From Balanoglossus misakiensis (Eukaryota; Animalia; Hemichordata): a stretch of DNA of 64,000 nucleotides. The DNA lies in the NCBI GenBank assembly GCA_040954595.2, contig CM082583.2, positions 1,126,925 to 1,190,924 on the forward strand. The letters run 5' to 3'. Below are positions 1 through 13,200 of the stretch, in pieces. The notes beneath the pieces were generated by a model. The model saw nothing but the letters and a program-made list of their open reading frames with translations, ran no database searches and had not been told where the DNA came from. The translations under genes and the position numbers were made by a program. How positions within the stretch are numbered: position 1 is the first letter of the stretch; the number at the start of each line of letters is the position of its first letter.

Positions 1-481
1 GGTCACCGAATTAAAAAAATAAAGAATGTTTTGCCTAAAAATGACCTTTTTGGTGCATAAACGAATTAAACGCAATTTTGTATTGAATCAGAATGCATTT
101 TTTATAATCAGCACCATTTTTACATATAATGGAAATTTCATACATCATCAGATATCCAAATATGAAAAAATGATTTAGATTTTAGATGATTGTCCAAAAT
201 TAGTTGATATCTAATAAATGTAGTATTGAACCATTCTGTCCCCCCCCCTACATTATATGCGGTACGCCGATGTCAGCTTACCCGGCAGTACTGCAGGCCG
301 TGCCCCCAACTAACGTCGGTGTTTGAAACGCCCTGGTTAATTTCGGGCTTTCTCTATAAATTGACAGGCAATAATGCAGTCCTACCCGAACAAATGTCAA
401 GTGTTGAACCGCTGTGACTTTCCCTCTTCGGTTTGCCCGACTTAGCCAACGTCTTTGTACTAGAGTGTCGGGTCTTTTGCA

Positions 482-1320
482 GAGCCAGGCCGAAGGAAAT
501 CCGACTTGATCACCGTTGCTAACGAACGCTAGTGTCTGTCATGGTGTGCCGGGGTTTTAGTCGAGCCAGGCCGTAGGAGATCTGACTTGATCATCGTGGT
601 CAATGTACGCGTGTTTCCGCTCTAAAGTGCCGGGGCTTCAGCTAAACCAGGCCGTAGGAAATCCGACGTAATCACTGTTGATAACTTACGCCAGTCTGTG
701 TCATATAGAGCCGGTGCACCAGCCGAGTCACGCCGTAGGAAATCTGACTTGATCAACGTGGTCAATGTACGCCTGTTTCTGCTCTAGAGTGCCGGGGCTT
801 CAGCTGAGCCAGGTCGTAGGAAACCCGACGTGATTACCGTTGTTAACTTACGCCAGTCTGTGTCCTATATATAGTGCCGGGGCATCAGCCGTGCCAGGCC
901 GAAGGAAATGTGAGTAGATCAACGTGGTCTCTGTACGCGTGTTTCTGCTCTAGAGTGCCAGGACTTTAGCCAAGCCATGCCGTAGGAAATCTGACTTGAT
1001 CAACGTTGCTAACGAACGCTAGTGTCTGTCAAAGTGTGCCATGGTTTTAGTCGAGCCAAGCCGTAGGAGATCAGACTTGATCGTCTCTGTACGCGTGTTT
1101 CTGCTCTAGAGTGCCGGGGCTTTATCCAAGCCATGCCGTAGAAAATCTGACTTGATCACCGTTGCTAACGTACGCTAGTGTCTGTCATATTGTGACTGTG
1201 ATTTAGCAGAGCCAGGCCGTAGAAAAATCGACATGTTCAACGTTACCAGTGTGCAACTGTTTCTGCTCTAGAGTGTCAGGGTTTTAGCCGACTTATGCTG
1301 TAGGAAATCTGAGTTGATGA
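482..1320. repeat. 81-bp subrepeat block inside each macrosatellite unit (example: first unit), about 11 copies alternating in two types (162-bp dimer)
   Basis: A GAGCCAGGCCGTAGGAAAT-like motif occurs at 482, 563, 644, 725, 806, 891, 972, 1053, 1128, 1209 and 1290. Odd copies carry GTTGCTAACGAACGCTAGTGTCTGTCAT-like middles and even copies carry GTGGTCAATGTACGCGTGTTTCTGCTCTAGAG-like middles. Confidence 0.95.
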
Positions 1321-3299
1321 ATGGGAATTCAATGTTAGAAAACCCGTGTGGAAAGTATATCTACCCGTTTGAAACTAAGAAAAGAATTTATTCTTATTTA
1401 TTTTGTAAAAAAGACAATTTTTCGAAAACAAGTCGAAAATGGTAATTTTGTCTTGGGTGATTTAAATTATACCGCCTTTTCTGGAATTTGCAGCACTTTT
1501 TACAAGAGAACGACACTTCATGCTCCATAATATTTCCGAAAAAATAAGAAAAGAGTTAATTTTTTATGATTTTTTAAAAATTTACCATTTTTGTCAAAAT
1601 TTGGCCAAAATGGCTATTTTTTCTTGAATTCCGTCAATATGATCAGGGCACCAAATTCGAAGAACAAAGGTTTTTTAATTTTTTTTTCTAAAAATGACAT
1701 TTTCAAGGAAAATTTGGTAAAACGCAATTTTGTCTGCAGTGAGCCAAATTAGACGGTCTTTTGTGGAATTTGTATCGATATATACATGCGAAGAGCATTC
1801 TATACTCCATCAGATTTCCGAAAATGTAGAAAACAGGTATTTTTTGTAATTTTCAAAAATTTACCATTTTGACCAAATTGTGGCTACAATTGTTATTTTC
1901 GTGTTGAATGCCGCCAGTGTCACTGCTTTTAAAAGTCATAAAAACTTTTAACATACAAGCAATTGTTTATATATGATCAGGTCACCGAATTAAAAAAATA
2001 AAGAATGTTTTGCCTAAAAATGACCTTTTTGGTGCATAAACGAATTAAACGCAATTTGTATTGAATCAGAATGCATTTTTTATAATCAGCACCATTTTTA
2101 CATATAATGGAAATTTCATACATCATCAGATATCCAAATATGAAAAAATGATTTAGATTTTAGATGATTGTCCAAAATTAGTTGATATCTAATAAATGTA
2201 GTATTGAACCATTCTGTCCCCCCCCCCTACATTATATGCGGTACGCCGATGTCAGCTTACCCGGCAGTACTGCAGGCCGTGCCCCCAACTAACGTCGGTG
2301 TTTGAAACGCCCTGGTTAATTTCGGGCTTTCTCTATAAATTGACAGGCAATAATGCAGTCCTACCCGAACAAATGTCAAGTGTTGAACCGCTGTGACTTT
2401 CCCTCTTCGGTTTGCCCGACTTAGCCAACGTCTTTGTACTAGAGTGTCGGGTCTTTTGCAGAGCCAGGCCGAAGGAAATCCGACTTGATCACCGTTGCTA
2501 ACGAACGCTAGTGTCTGTCATGGTGTGCCGGGGTTTTAGTCGAGCCAGGCCGTAGGAGATCTGACTTGATCATCGTGGTCAATGTACGCGTGTTTCCGCT
2601 CTAAAGTGCCGGGGCTTCAGCTAAACCAGGCCGTAGGAAATCCGACGTAATCACTGTTGATAACTTACGCCAGTCTGTGTCATATAGAGCCGGTGCACCA
2701 GCCGAGTCACGCCGTAGGAAATCTGACTTGATCAACGTGGTCAATGTACGCCTGTTTCTGCTCTAGAGTGCCGGGGCTTCAGCTGAGCCAGGTCGTAGGA
2801 AACCCGACGTGATTACCGTTGTTAACTTACGCCAGTCTGTGTCCTATATATAGTGCCGGGGCATCAGCCGTGCCAGGCCGAAGGAAATGTGAGTAGATCA
2901 ACGTGGTCTCTGTACGCGTGTTTCTGCTCTAGAGTGCCAGGACTTTAGCCAAGCCATGCCGTAGGAAATCTGACTTGATCAACGTTGCTAACGAACGCTA
3001 GTGTCTGTCAAAGTGTGCCATGGTTTTAGTCGAGCCAAGCCGTAGGAGATCAGACTTGATCGTCTCTGTACGCGTGTTTCTGCTCTAGAGTGCCGGGGCT
3101 TTATCCAAGCCATGCCGTAAAAAATCTGACTTGATCACGGTTGCTAACGTACGCTAGTGTCTGTCATATTGTGACGGTGATTTAGCAGAGCCAGGCCGTA
3201 GAAAAATCGACATGTTCAACGTTACCAGTGTGCAACTGTTTCTGCTCTAGAGTGTCAGGGTTTTAGCCGACTTATGCTGTAGGAAATCTGAGTTGATGA

Positions 3300-4240
3300 A
3301 TGGGAATTCAATGTTAGAAAACCCGTGTGGAAAGTATATCTACCCGTTTGAAACTAAGAAAAGAATTTATTCTTATTTATTTTGTAAAAAAGACAATTTT
3401 TCGAAAAAAAGTCGAAAATGGTAATTTTGTCTTGGGTGATTCAAATTATACCGCCTTTTCTGGAATTTGCTGCACTTCTTACAAGAGAACGACACTTCAT
3501 GCTCCATAATATTTCGGAAAATGAAGAAAAGAGTTATTTTTTTATGATTTTTTAAAAATTTACCATTTTTGTCAAAATATGGCCAAAATGGCTATTTTTT
3601 CTTGAATTCCGTCAATATATCTGCATTTTTGGAGTGGTCGAAAGTTTTAACATACAATCAACATGTCATATATGATCAGGGCACCAAATTCGAAGAACAA
3701 AGGTTTTTTTATTTTTTTTCTTCTAAAAATGACATTTTCAAGGAAAATTTGGTAAAACGCAATTTTGTCTGCAGTGAGCCAAATTAGACGGTCTTTTGTG
3801 GAATTTGTATCGATATATACATACGAAGAGCATTCTATACTCCATCAGATTTCCGAAAATGTAGAAAACAGGTATTTTTTTGTAATTTTCAAAAATTTAC
3901 CATTTTGACCAAATTGTGGCTACAATTGTTATTTTCGTGTTGAATGCCGCCAGTGTCACTGCTTTTAAAAGTCATAAAAACTTTTAACATACAAGCAATT
4001 GTTTATATATGATCAGGTCACCGAATTAAAAAAATAAAGAATGTTTTGCCTAAAAATGACCTTTTTGGTGCAAAAACGAATAAAACGCAATTTTGTATTA
4101 AATCAGAATGCATTTTTTATAATCAGCACCATTTTTACATGTAATGGAAATTTAATACATCATCAGATATCCAAATATGAAAAAATGATTTAGATTTTAG
4201 ATGATTGTCCAAAATTAGCTGATATCTAATAAATATAGTA
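3300..4240. repeat. AT-rich block of the macrosatellite unit (example), about 3 degenerate ~330-bp subrepeats
   Basis: Homologous motifs AATTTTGTC/AATTTTGTA occur near 3427, 3765 and 4093. Each is followed by related CTCCATAATATTTCCGAAAATG / CTCCATCAGATTTCCGAAAATG / CATCATCAGATATCCAAATATG segments, with repeated ATATATGATCAGGNCACC. Confidence 0.8.
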
Positions 4241-7200
4241 TTGAACCGTTCTGTTCCCCCCCCCCCCCCTACATTATATGCGGTACGCCGATGTCAGCTT
4301 ACCCGGCAGTACTGCAGGCCGTGCCCCCAACTAACGTCGGTGTTTGAAACGCCCTGGTTAAATTCGGGCTTTCTCTATAAATTGACAGGCAATAATGCAG
4401 TCCTACCGGAACAAATGTCGAGTGTTGACCCGCTGTGACTTTCCCTCTTCGGTTTGCCCGACTTAGCCAACGTCTTTGTACTAGAGTGTCGGGTCTTTTG
4501 CAGAGCCAGGCCGAAGGAAATCCGACTTGATCACCGCTGCTAACGAACGCTAGTGTCTGTCATGGTGTGCCGGGGTTTTAGTCGGGCCAGGCCGTAGGAG
4601 ATCTGACTTGATCATCGTGGTCAATGTACGCGTGTTTCCGCTCTAAAGTGCCGGGGCTTCAGCTAAACCAGGCCGTAGGACATCCGCCGTAATCACCGTT
4701 GATAACTTACGCCAGTCTGTGTCATATAGAGCCGGTGCACCAGCCGAGTCACGCCGTAGGAAATCTGACTTGATCAACGTGGTCAATGTACGCGTGTTTC
4801 TGCTCTAGAGTGCCAGGGCTTTAGCCAAGCCATGCCGTAGGAAATCTGACTTGATCAACGTTGCTAACGAACGCTAGTGTCTGTCATAGTGTGCCGGGGT
4901 TTTAGTCGAGCCAAGCCGTAGGAGATCAGACTTAATAAACGTGGTCTCTGTACGCGTGTTTCTGCTCTAGAGTGCCGGGGCTTTATCCAAGCCATGCCGT
5001 AGAAAATCTGACTTGATCACCGTTGCTAACGTACGCTAGTGTCTGTCATATTGTGACGGACATTTAGCGGAGCCAGGCCGTAGAAAAATCGACTTGTTCA
5101 ACGTTACCAGTGTGCAACTGTTTCTGCTCTAGAGTGTCAGGGTTTTAGCCGACTTATGCTGTAGGAAATCTGAGTTGATGAACGGGAATTCAATGTTAGA
5201 AAACCCGTGTGGAAAGTATCTCTACCCGTTTGAAACTAAGAAAAGAATTTATTCTTATTTATTTTGTAAAAAAGACAATTTTTCGAAAACAAGTCGAAAA
5301 TGGTAATTTTGTCTTGGGTGATTTAAATTATACCGCCTTTTCTGGAATTTGCAGCACTTTTTACAAGAGAACGACACTTCATGCTCCATAATATTTCCGA
5401 AAAAATAAGAAAAGAGTTAATTTTTTATGATTTTTTAAAAATTTACCATTTTTGTCAAAATATGGCCAAAATGGCTATTTTTTCTTGAATTCCGTCAATA
5501 TCTCTGCATTTTTGGAGTGGTCGAAAGTCTTAACATACAATCAACATGTCATATATGATCAGGGCACCAAATTCGAAGAACAAAGGTTTTTTAATTTTTT
5601 TTTCTAAAAATGACATTTTCAAGGAAAATTTGGTAAAACGCAATTTTGTCTGCAGTGAGCCAAATTAGACGGTCTTTTGTGGAATTTGTATCGATATATA
5701 CATGCGAAGAGCATTCTATACTCCATCAGATTTCCGAAAATGTAGAAAACAGGTATTTTTTGTAATTTTCAAAAATTTACCATTTTGACCAAATTGTGGC
5801 TAAAATTGTTATTTTCGTGTTGAATGCCGCCAGTGTCACTGCTTTTAAAAGTCATAAAAACTTTTAACATACAAGCAATTGTTTATATATGATCAGGTCA
5901 CCGAATTAAAAAAATAAAGAATGTTTTGCCTAAAAATGACCTTTTTGGTGCAAAAACGAATAAAACGCAATTTTGTATTGAATCAGAATGCATTTTTTAT
6001 AATCAGCACCATTTTTACATATAATGGAAATTTCATACATCATCAGATATCCAAATATGAAAAAATGATTTAGATTTTAGATGATTGTCCAAAATTAGTT
6101 GATATCTAATAAATGTAGTATTGAACCATTCTGTTCCCCCCCCCCCTACATTATATGCGGTACGCCGATGTCAGCTTACCCGGCAGTACTGCAGGCCGTG
6201 CCCCCAACTAACGTTGGTGTTTGAAACGCCCTGGTTAAATTCGGGCTTTCTCTATAAATTGACAGGCAATAATGCAGTCCTACCCGAACAAATGTCAAGT
6301 GTTAAACCGCTGTGACTTTCCCTCTTCGGTTTGCCCGACTTAGCCAACGTCTTTGTACTAGAGTGTCGGGTCTTTTGCAGAGCCAGGCCGAAGGAAATCC
6401 GACTTGATCACCGTTGCTAACGAACGCTAGTGTCTATCATGGTGTGCCGGGGTTTTAGTCGAGCCAGGCCGTAGGAGATCTGACTTGATCATCGTGGTCA
6501 ATGTACGCGTGTTTCCGCTCTAAAGTACCGGGGCTTCAGGTAAACCAGGCCGTAGGAAATCCGACGTAATCACTGTTGATAACTTACGCCAGTCTGTGTC
6601 ATATAGAGCCGGTGCACCAGCCGAGTCACGCCGTAGGAAATCTGACTTGATCAACGTGGTCAATGTACGCCTGTTTCTGCTCTAGAGTGCCGGGGCTTCA
6701 GCTGAGCCAGGCCGTAGGAAACCCGACGTGATTACCGTTGTTAACTTACGCCAGTCTGTGTCATATATATAGTGCCGGGGCATCAGCCGTGCCAGGCCGA
6801 AGGAAATGTGAGTAGATCAACGTGGTCTCTGTACGCGTGTTTCTGCTCTAGAGGGCCAGGGCTTTAGCCAAGCCATGCCGTAGGAAATCTGACTTGATCA
6901 ACGTTGCTAACGTACGCTAGTGTCTGTCATATTGTGACGGAGATTTAGCCGAGCCAGGCCATAGAAAAATCGACTTGTTCAACGTTACCAGTGTGCAACT
7001 GTTTCTGCTCTAGAGTGTCAGGGTTTTAGCCGACTTATGCTGTAGGAAATCTGAGTTGATGAACGGGAATTCAATGTTAGAAAACCCTTGTGGAAAGTAT
7101 CTCTACCCGTTTGAAACTAAGAAAAGAATTTATTCCTATTTATTTTGTAAAAAAGACAATTTTTCGAAAAAAAGTCGAAAATGGTAATTTTGTCTTGGGT

Positions 7201-10200
7201 GATTCAAATTATACCGCCTTTTCTGGAATTTGCAGCACTTTTTACAAGAGAACGACACTTCATGCTCCATAATATTTCCGAAAAAATAAGAAAAGAGTTA
7301 ATTTTTTATGATTTTTTAAAAATGTACCATTTTTGTCAAAATATGGCCAAAATGGCTATTTTTTCTTGAATTCCGTCAATATCTCTGCATTTTTGGAGTG
7401 GTCGAAAGTCTTAACATACAATCAACATGTCATATATGATCAGGGCACCAAATTCGAAGAACAAAGGTTTTTTTATTTTTTTTTCTAAAAATGACATCTT
7501 CAAGGAAAATTTGGTAAAACGCAATTTTGTCTGCAGTGAGCCAAATTAGACGGTCTTTTGTGGAATTTGTATCGATATATACATACGAAGAGCATTCTAT
7601 ACTCCATCAGATTTCCGAAAATGTAGAAAACAGGTATTTTTTGTAATTTTCAAAAATTTACCATTTTGACCAAATTGTGGCTAAAATTGTTATTTTCGTG
7701 ATGAATGCCGCCAGTGTCACTGCTTTTAAAAGTCATAAAAACTTTTAACATACAAGCAATTGTTTATATATGATCAGGTCACCGAATTAAAAATATAAAG
7801 AATGTTTTGCCTAAAAATGACCTTTTGGTGCAAAAACGAATAAAACGCAATTTTGTATTAAATCAGCTCATTCAGAGTGCATTTTTATAATCAGCACCAT
7901 TTTTACATATAATGGAAATTTCATACATCATCAGATATCCAAATATGAAAAAATGAATTAGATTTAAGATGATTGTCCAAAATTAGCTGATATCTGATAA
8001 ATGTAGTATTAAACCGTTCTGTTCCCCCCCCCCCCCCCTACATTACATGCGGTACGCCGATGTCAGCTTACCCGGCAGTACTGCAGGCCGTGCCCCCAAC
8101 TAACGTCGGTGTTTGAAACGCCCTGGTTAAATTCGAGCTTTCTCTATAAATTGACAGGCAATAATGCAGTCCTACCCGAACAAATGTCGAGTGTTGACCC
8201 GCTGTGACTTTCCCTCTTCGGTTTGCCCGACTTAGCCAACGTCTTTGTACTAGAGTGTCGGGTCTTTTGCAGAGCCAGGCCGAAGGAAATCAGACTTGAT
8301 CACCGTTGCTAACGAACGCTAGTGTCTGTTATGGTGTGCCGGGGTTTTAGTCGAGCCAGGCCGTAGGAGATCTGAATTGATCATCGTGGTCAATGTACGC
8401 GTGTTTCCGCTCTAAAGTGCCCGGGCTTCAGCTAAACCAGGCCGTAGGAAATCCGACGTAATCACCGTTGATAACTTACGCCAGTCTGTGTCATATAGAG
8501 CCGGTGCACCAGCCGAGTCACGCCGTAGGAAATCTGACTTGATCAACGTGGTCAATGTACGCCTGTTTCTGCTCTAGAGTGCCGGGGCTTCAGCTGAGCC
8601 AGGCCGTAGGAAACCCGACGTGATTACCGTTGTTAACTTACGCCAGTCTGTGTCCTATATATAGTGCCGGGGCATCAGCCGTGCCAGGCCGAAGGAAATG
8701 TGAGTAGATAAACGTGGTCTCTGTACGCGTGTTTCTGCTCTATAGTGCCAGGGCTTTAGCCAAGCCATGCCGTAGGAAATCTGACTTGATCAACGTTGCT
8801 TACTAACGCTAGTGTCTGTCATAGTGTGCCGGGGTTTTAGTCGAGCCAAGCCGTAGGAGATCAGACTTGATCAACGTGGTCTCTGTACGCGTTTTTCTGC
8901 TCTAGAGTGCCGGGGCTTTATCCAAGCCATGCCGTAGAAAATCTGACTTGATCACCGTTGCTAACGTACGCTAGTGTCTGTCATATTGTGACGGACATTT
9001 AGCGGAGCCAGGCCGTAGAAAAATCGACTTGTTCAACGTTACCAGTGTGCAACTGTTTCTGCTCTAGAGTGTCAGGGTTTTAGCCGACTTATGCTGTAGG
9101 AAATCTGAGTTGATGAACGGGAATTCAATGTTAGAAAACCCGTGTGGAAAGAATCTCTACCCGTTTCAAACTAAGAAAAGAATTTATTCTTATTTATTTT
9201 GTAAAAAAGACAATTTTTCGAAAAAAAGTCGTAATTTTGTCTTGGGTGATTTAAATTATACCGCCTTTTCTGGAATTTGCAGCACTTTTTACAAGAGAAC
9301 GACACTTCATGCTCCATAATATTTCCGAAAATGAAGAAAAGAGTTAATTTTTTATGATTTTTTAAAAATTTACCATTTTTGTCAAAATATGGCCAAAATG
9401 GCTATTTTTTCTTGAATTCCGACAATATCTCTGCATTTTTGGAGTGGTCGAAAGTCTTAACATACAATCAACATGCCATATATGATCAGGGCACCAAATT
9501 CGAAGAACAAAGTTTTTTTTAATTTTTTTTTTCTAAAAATGACATTTTCAAGGAAAATTTGGTAAAACGCAATTTTGTCTGCAGTGAGCCAAATTAGACG
9601 GTCTTTTGTGGAATTTGTATCGATATATACATACGAAGAGCATTCTATACTCCATCAGATTTCCGAAAATGTAGAAAACAGGTATTTTTTGTAATTTTCA
9701 AAAATTTACAATTTTGACCAAATTGTGGCTAAAATTGTTATTTTCGTGTTGAATGCCGCCAGTGTCATTGCTTTTAAAAGTCATAAAAACTTTTAACATA
9801 CAAGCAATTGTTTATATATGATCAGGTCACCGAATTAATAAAATAAAGAATGTTTTGCCTAAAAATGACCTTTTTGGTGCAAAAACGAATAAAACGCAAT
9901 TTTGTATTAAATCAGCTCATTCAGAGTGCATTTTTTATAATCAGCACCATGTTTAAAAATAATGGAAATTTCATACATCATCAGATATCCAAATATGAAA
10001 AAATGATTTAGATTTTAGATGATTGTCCAAAATTAGCTGATATCTAATAAATGTAGTATTGAACTGTTCTGTTCCCCCCCCCCCCCCCCTACATTATATG
10101 CGGTACGCCGATGTGAGCTTACCCGGCAGTACTGCAGGCCGTGCCCCCAACTAACGTCGGTGTTTGAAGCGCCCTGGTTAAATTCGGGCTTTCTCTATAA

Positions 10201-13200
10201 ATTGACAGGCAATAATGCAGTCCTACCCGAACAAATGTCGAGTGTTGACCCGCTGTGACTTTCCCTCTTCGGTTTGCCCGACTTAGCCAACGTCTTTGTA
10301 CTAGAGTGTCGGGTCTTTTGCAGAGCCAGGCCGAAGGAAATCCGACTTGATCACCGTTGCTAACGAACGCTAGTGTCTGTCATGGTGTGCCGGGGTTTTA
10401 GTCGAGCCAGGCCGTAGGAGATCTGACTTGATCATCGTGGTCAATGTACGCGTGTTTCCGCTCTAAAGTGCCGGGGCTTCAGCTAAACCAGGCCGTAGGA
10501 AATCCAACGTAATCACCATTGATAACTTACGCCAGTCTGTGTCATATAGAGCCGGTGCACCAGCCGAGTCACGCCGTAGGAAATCTGACTTGATCAACGT
10601 GGTCAATGTACGCCTGTTTCTGCTCTAGAGTGCCGGGGCTTCAGCTGAGCCAGGCCGTAGGAAACCCGACGTGATTACCGTTGTTAACTTACGCCAGTCT
10701 GTGTCCTATATATAGTGCCGGGGCATCAGCCGTGCCAGGCCGAAGGAAATGTGAGTAGATCAACGTGGTCTCTGTACGCGTGTTTCTGCTCTAGAGTGCC
10801 AGGGCCAAGCCATGCCGTAGGAAATCTGACTTAATCAACGTTGCTAACGAACGCTAGTGTCTGTCATAGTGTGCCGGGGTTTCAGTCGAGCCAAGCCGTA
10901 GGAGATCAGACTTGATCAACGTGGTCTCTGTACGCGTTTTTCTGCTCTAGAGTGCCGGGTCTTTATCCAAGCCATGCCGTAGAAAATCTGACTTGATCAC
11001 CGTTGCTAACGTACGCTAGTGTCTGTCATATTGTGACGGACATTTAGCGGAGCCAGGCCGTAGAAAAATCGACTTGTTCAACGTTACCAGTGTGCAACTG
11101 TTTCTGCTCTAGAGTGTCAGGGTTTTAGCCGACTTATGCTGTAGGAAATCTGAGTTGATGAACGGGAATTCAATGTTAGAAAACCCGTGTGGAAAGTATC
11201 TCTACCCGTTTCAAACTAAGAAAAGAATTTATTCTTATTTATTTTGTAAAAAAGACAATTTTTCGAAAAAAAGTCGTAATTTTGTCTTGGGTGATTTAAA
11301 TTATACCGCCTTTTCTGGAATTTGCAGCACTTTTTACAAGAGAACGACACTTCATGCTCCATAATATTTCCGAAAAAATAAGAAAGGAGTTAATTTTTTA
11401 TGATTTTTTTAAAATTTACCATTTTTGTCAAAATATGGCCAAAATGGCTATTTTTTCTTGAATTCCGACAATATCTCTGCATTTTTGGAGTGGTCGAAAG
11501 TCTTAACATACAATCAACATGCCATATATGATCAGGGCACCAAATTCGAAGAACAAAGGTTTTTTTATTTTTTTTTTCTAAAAATGACATTTTCAAGGAA
11601 AATTTGGTAAAACGCAATTTTGTCTGCAGTGAGCCAAATTAGAAGGTCTTTTGTGGAATTTGTATCGATATATACATACGAAGAGCATTCTATACTCCAT
11701 CAGATTTCCGAAAATGTAGAAAACATGTATTTTTTGTAATTTTCAAAAATTTACCATTTTGACCAAATTGTGGCTAAAATTGTTATTTTCGTGTTGAATG
11801 CCGCCAGTGTCACTGCTTTTAAAAGTCATAAAAACTTTTAACATACAAGCAATTGTTTATATATGATCAGGTCACCGAATTAAAAAAATAAAGAATGTTT
11901 TGCCTAAAAATGACCTTTTTGGTGCAAAAACGAATAAAACGCAATTTTGTTTTAAATCAGCTCATTAAGAGTGCATTTTTTATAATCAGCACCATTTTTA
12001 CATATAATGGAAAATTTATACATCATCAGATATCCAAATATGAAAAAATGATTTAGATTTTAGATGATTGTCCAAAATTAGCTGAAATCTAATAAATGTA
12101 GTATTCAACCGTTCTGTTTCCCCCCCCCCCCTACATTATATGCGGTACGCCGATGTCAGCTTACCCGGCAGTACTGCAGGCCGTGCCCCCAACTAACGTC
12201 GGTGTTTGAAACGCCCTGGTTAAATTCGGGCTTTCTCTATAAATTGACAGGCAATAATGCTGTCCTACCCGACCAAATGTCGAGTGTTGACCCGCTGTGA
12301 CTTTCCCTCTTCGGTTTGCCCGACTTAGCCAACGTCTTTGTACTAATGTGTCGGGTCTTTTGCAGAGCCAGGCCGAAGAAAATCCGACTTGATCACCGTT
12401 GCTAACGAACGCTAGTGTCTGTCATGGTGTGCCGGGGTTTAGTCGAGCCAGGCCGTAGGAGATCTGACTTGATCATCGTGGTCAATGTACGCGTGTTTCC
12501 GCTCTAAAGCGCCGGGGCTTCAGCTAAACCAGGCCGTAGGAAATCCGACGTAATCACCGTTGATAACTTACGCCAGTCTGTGTCATATAGAGCAGGTGCA
12601 CCAGCCGAGTCACGCCGTAGGAAATCTGACTTGATCAACGTGGTCACTGTACGCCTGTTTCTGCTCTAGAGTGCCGGGGCTTCAGCTGAGCCAGGCCGTA
12701 GGAAACCCGACGTGATTACCGTTGTTAACTTACGCCAGTCTGTGTCCTATATATAGTGCCGGGGCATCAGCCGTGCCAGGCCGAAGGAAATGTGAGTAGA
12801 TCAACGTGGTCTCTGTACGCGTGTTTCTGCTCTAGAGTGCCAGGGCTTTAGCCAAGCCATGCCGTAGGAAATCTGACTTGATCAACGTTGCTAATGAACG
12901 CTAGTGTCTGTCATAGTGTGCCGGGGTTTTAGTCGAGCCAAGCCGTAGGAGATCAGACTTGATCAACGTGGTCTCTGTACGCGTGTTTCTGCTCTAGAGT
13001 GCCGGGGCTTTATCAAAGCCATGCCGTAGAAAATCTGACTTGATCACCGTTGCTAACTTACGCTAGTGTCTGTCATATTGTGACGGAGATTTAGCCGAGC
13101 CAGGCCGTAGAAAAATCGACTTGTTCAACGTTACCATTTGTGCAACTGTTTCTGCTCTAGAGTGTCAGGGTTTTAGCCGACTTATGCTGTAGGAAATCTG

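Noticed and set aside
130-155. Hammerhead-like CTGATGA...GAAA on the minus strand of each unit
   Set aside because: The 5 nt between the motifs cannot form stem II, no stems I/III are evident, and the core is mutated in several units.
190-430. snRNA, SL RNA or 5S gene in the unit core (CTTACCCGGCAG resembles the U1 5' end; minus-strand GTAAGC donor with AATTTTGGA ~80 nt downstream)
   Set aside because: No further U1, U2 or 5S similarity. The Sm-like site is mutated in several units and separated from the donor by a length-variable G run. An Infernal/Rfam scan would settle it.
482-1320. 81-bp (27-codon) subrepeats as a coding repeat, possibly with stop-codon reassignment
   Set aside because: Stops occur in all six frames, one monomer is 85 bp (a frameshift), and neighbouring genes read normally in the standard code.
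482-1320. CRISPR-like repeat/spacer array
   Set aside because: The variable parts are homologous to each other rather than unique spacers, the context is eukaryotic, and there are no cas genes.
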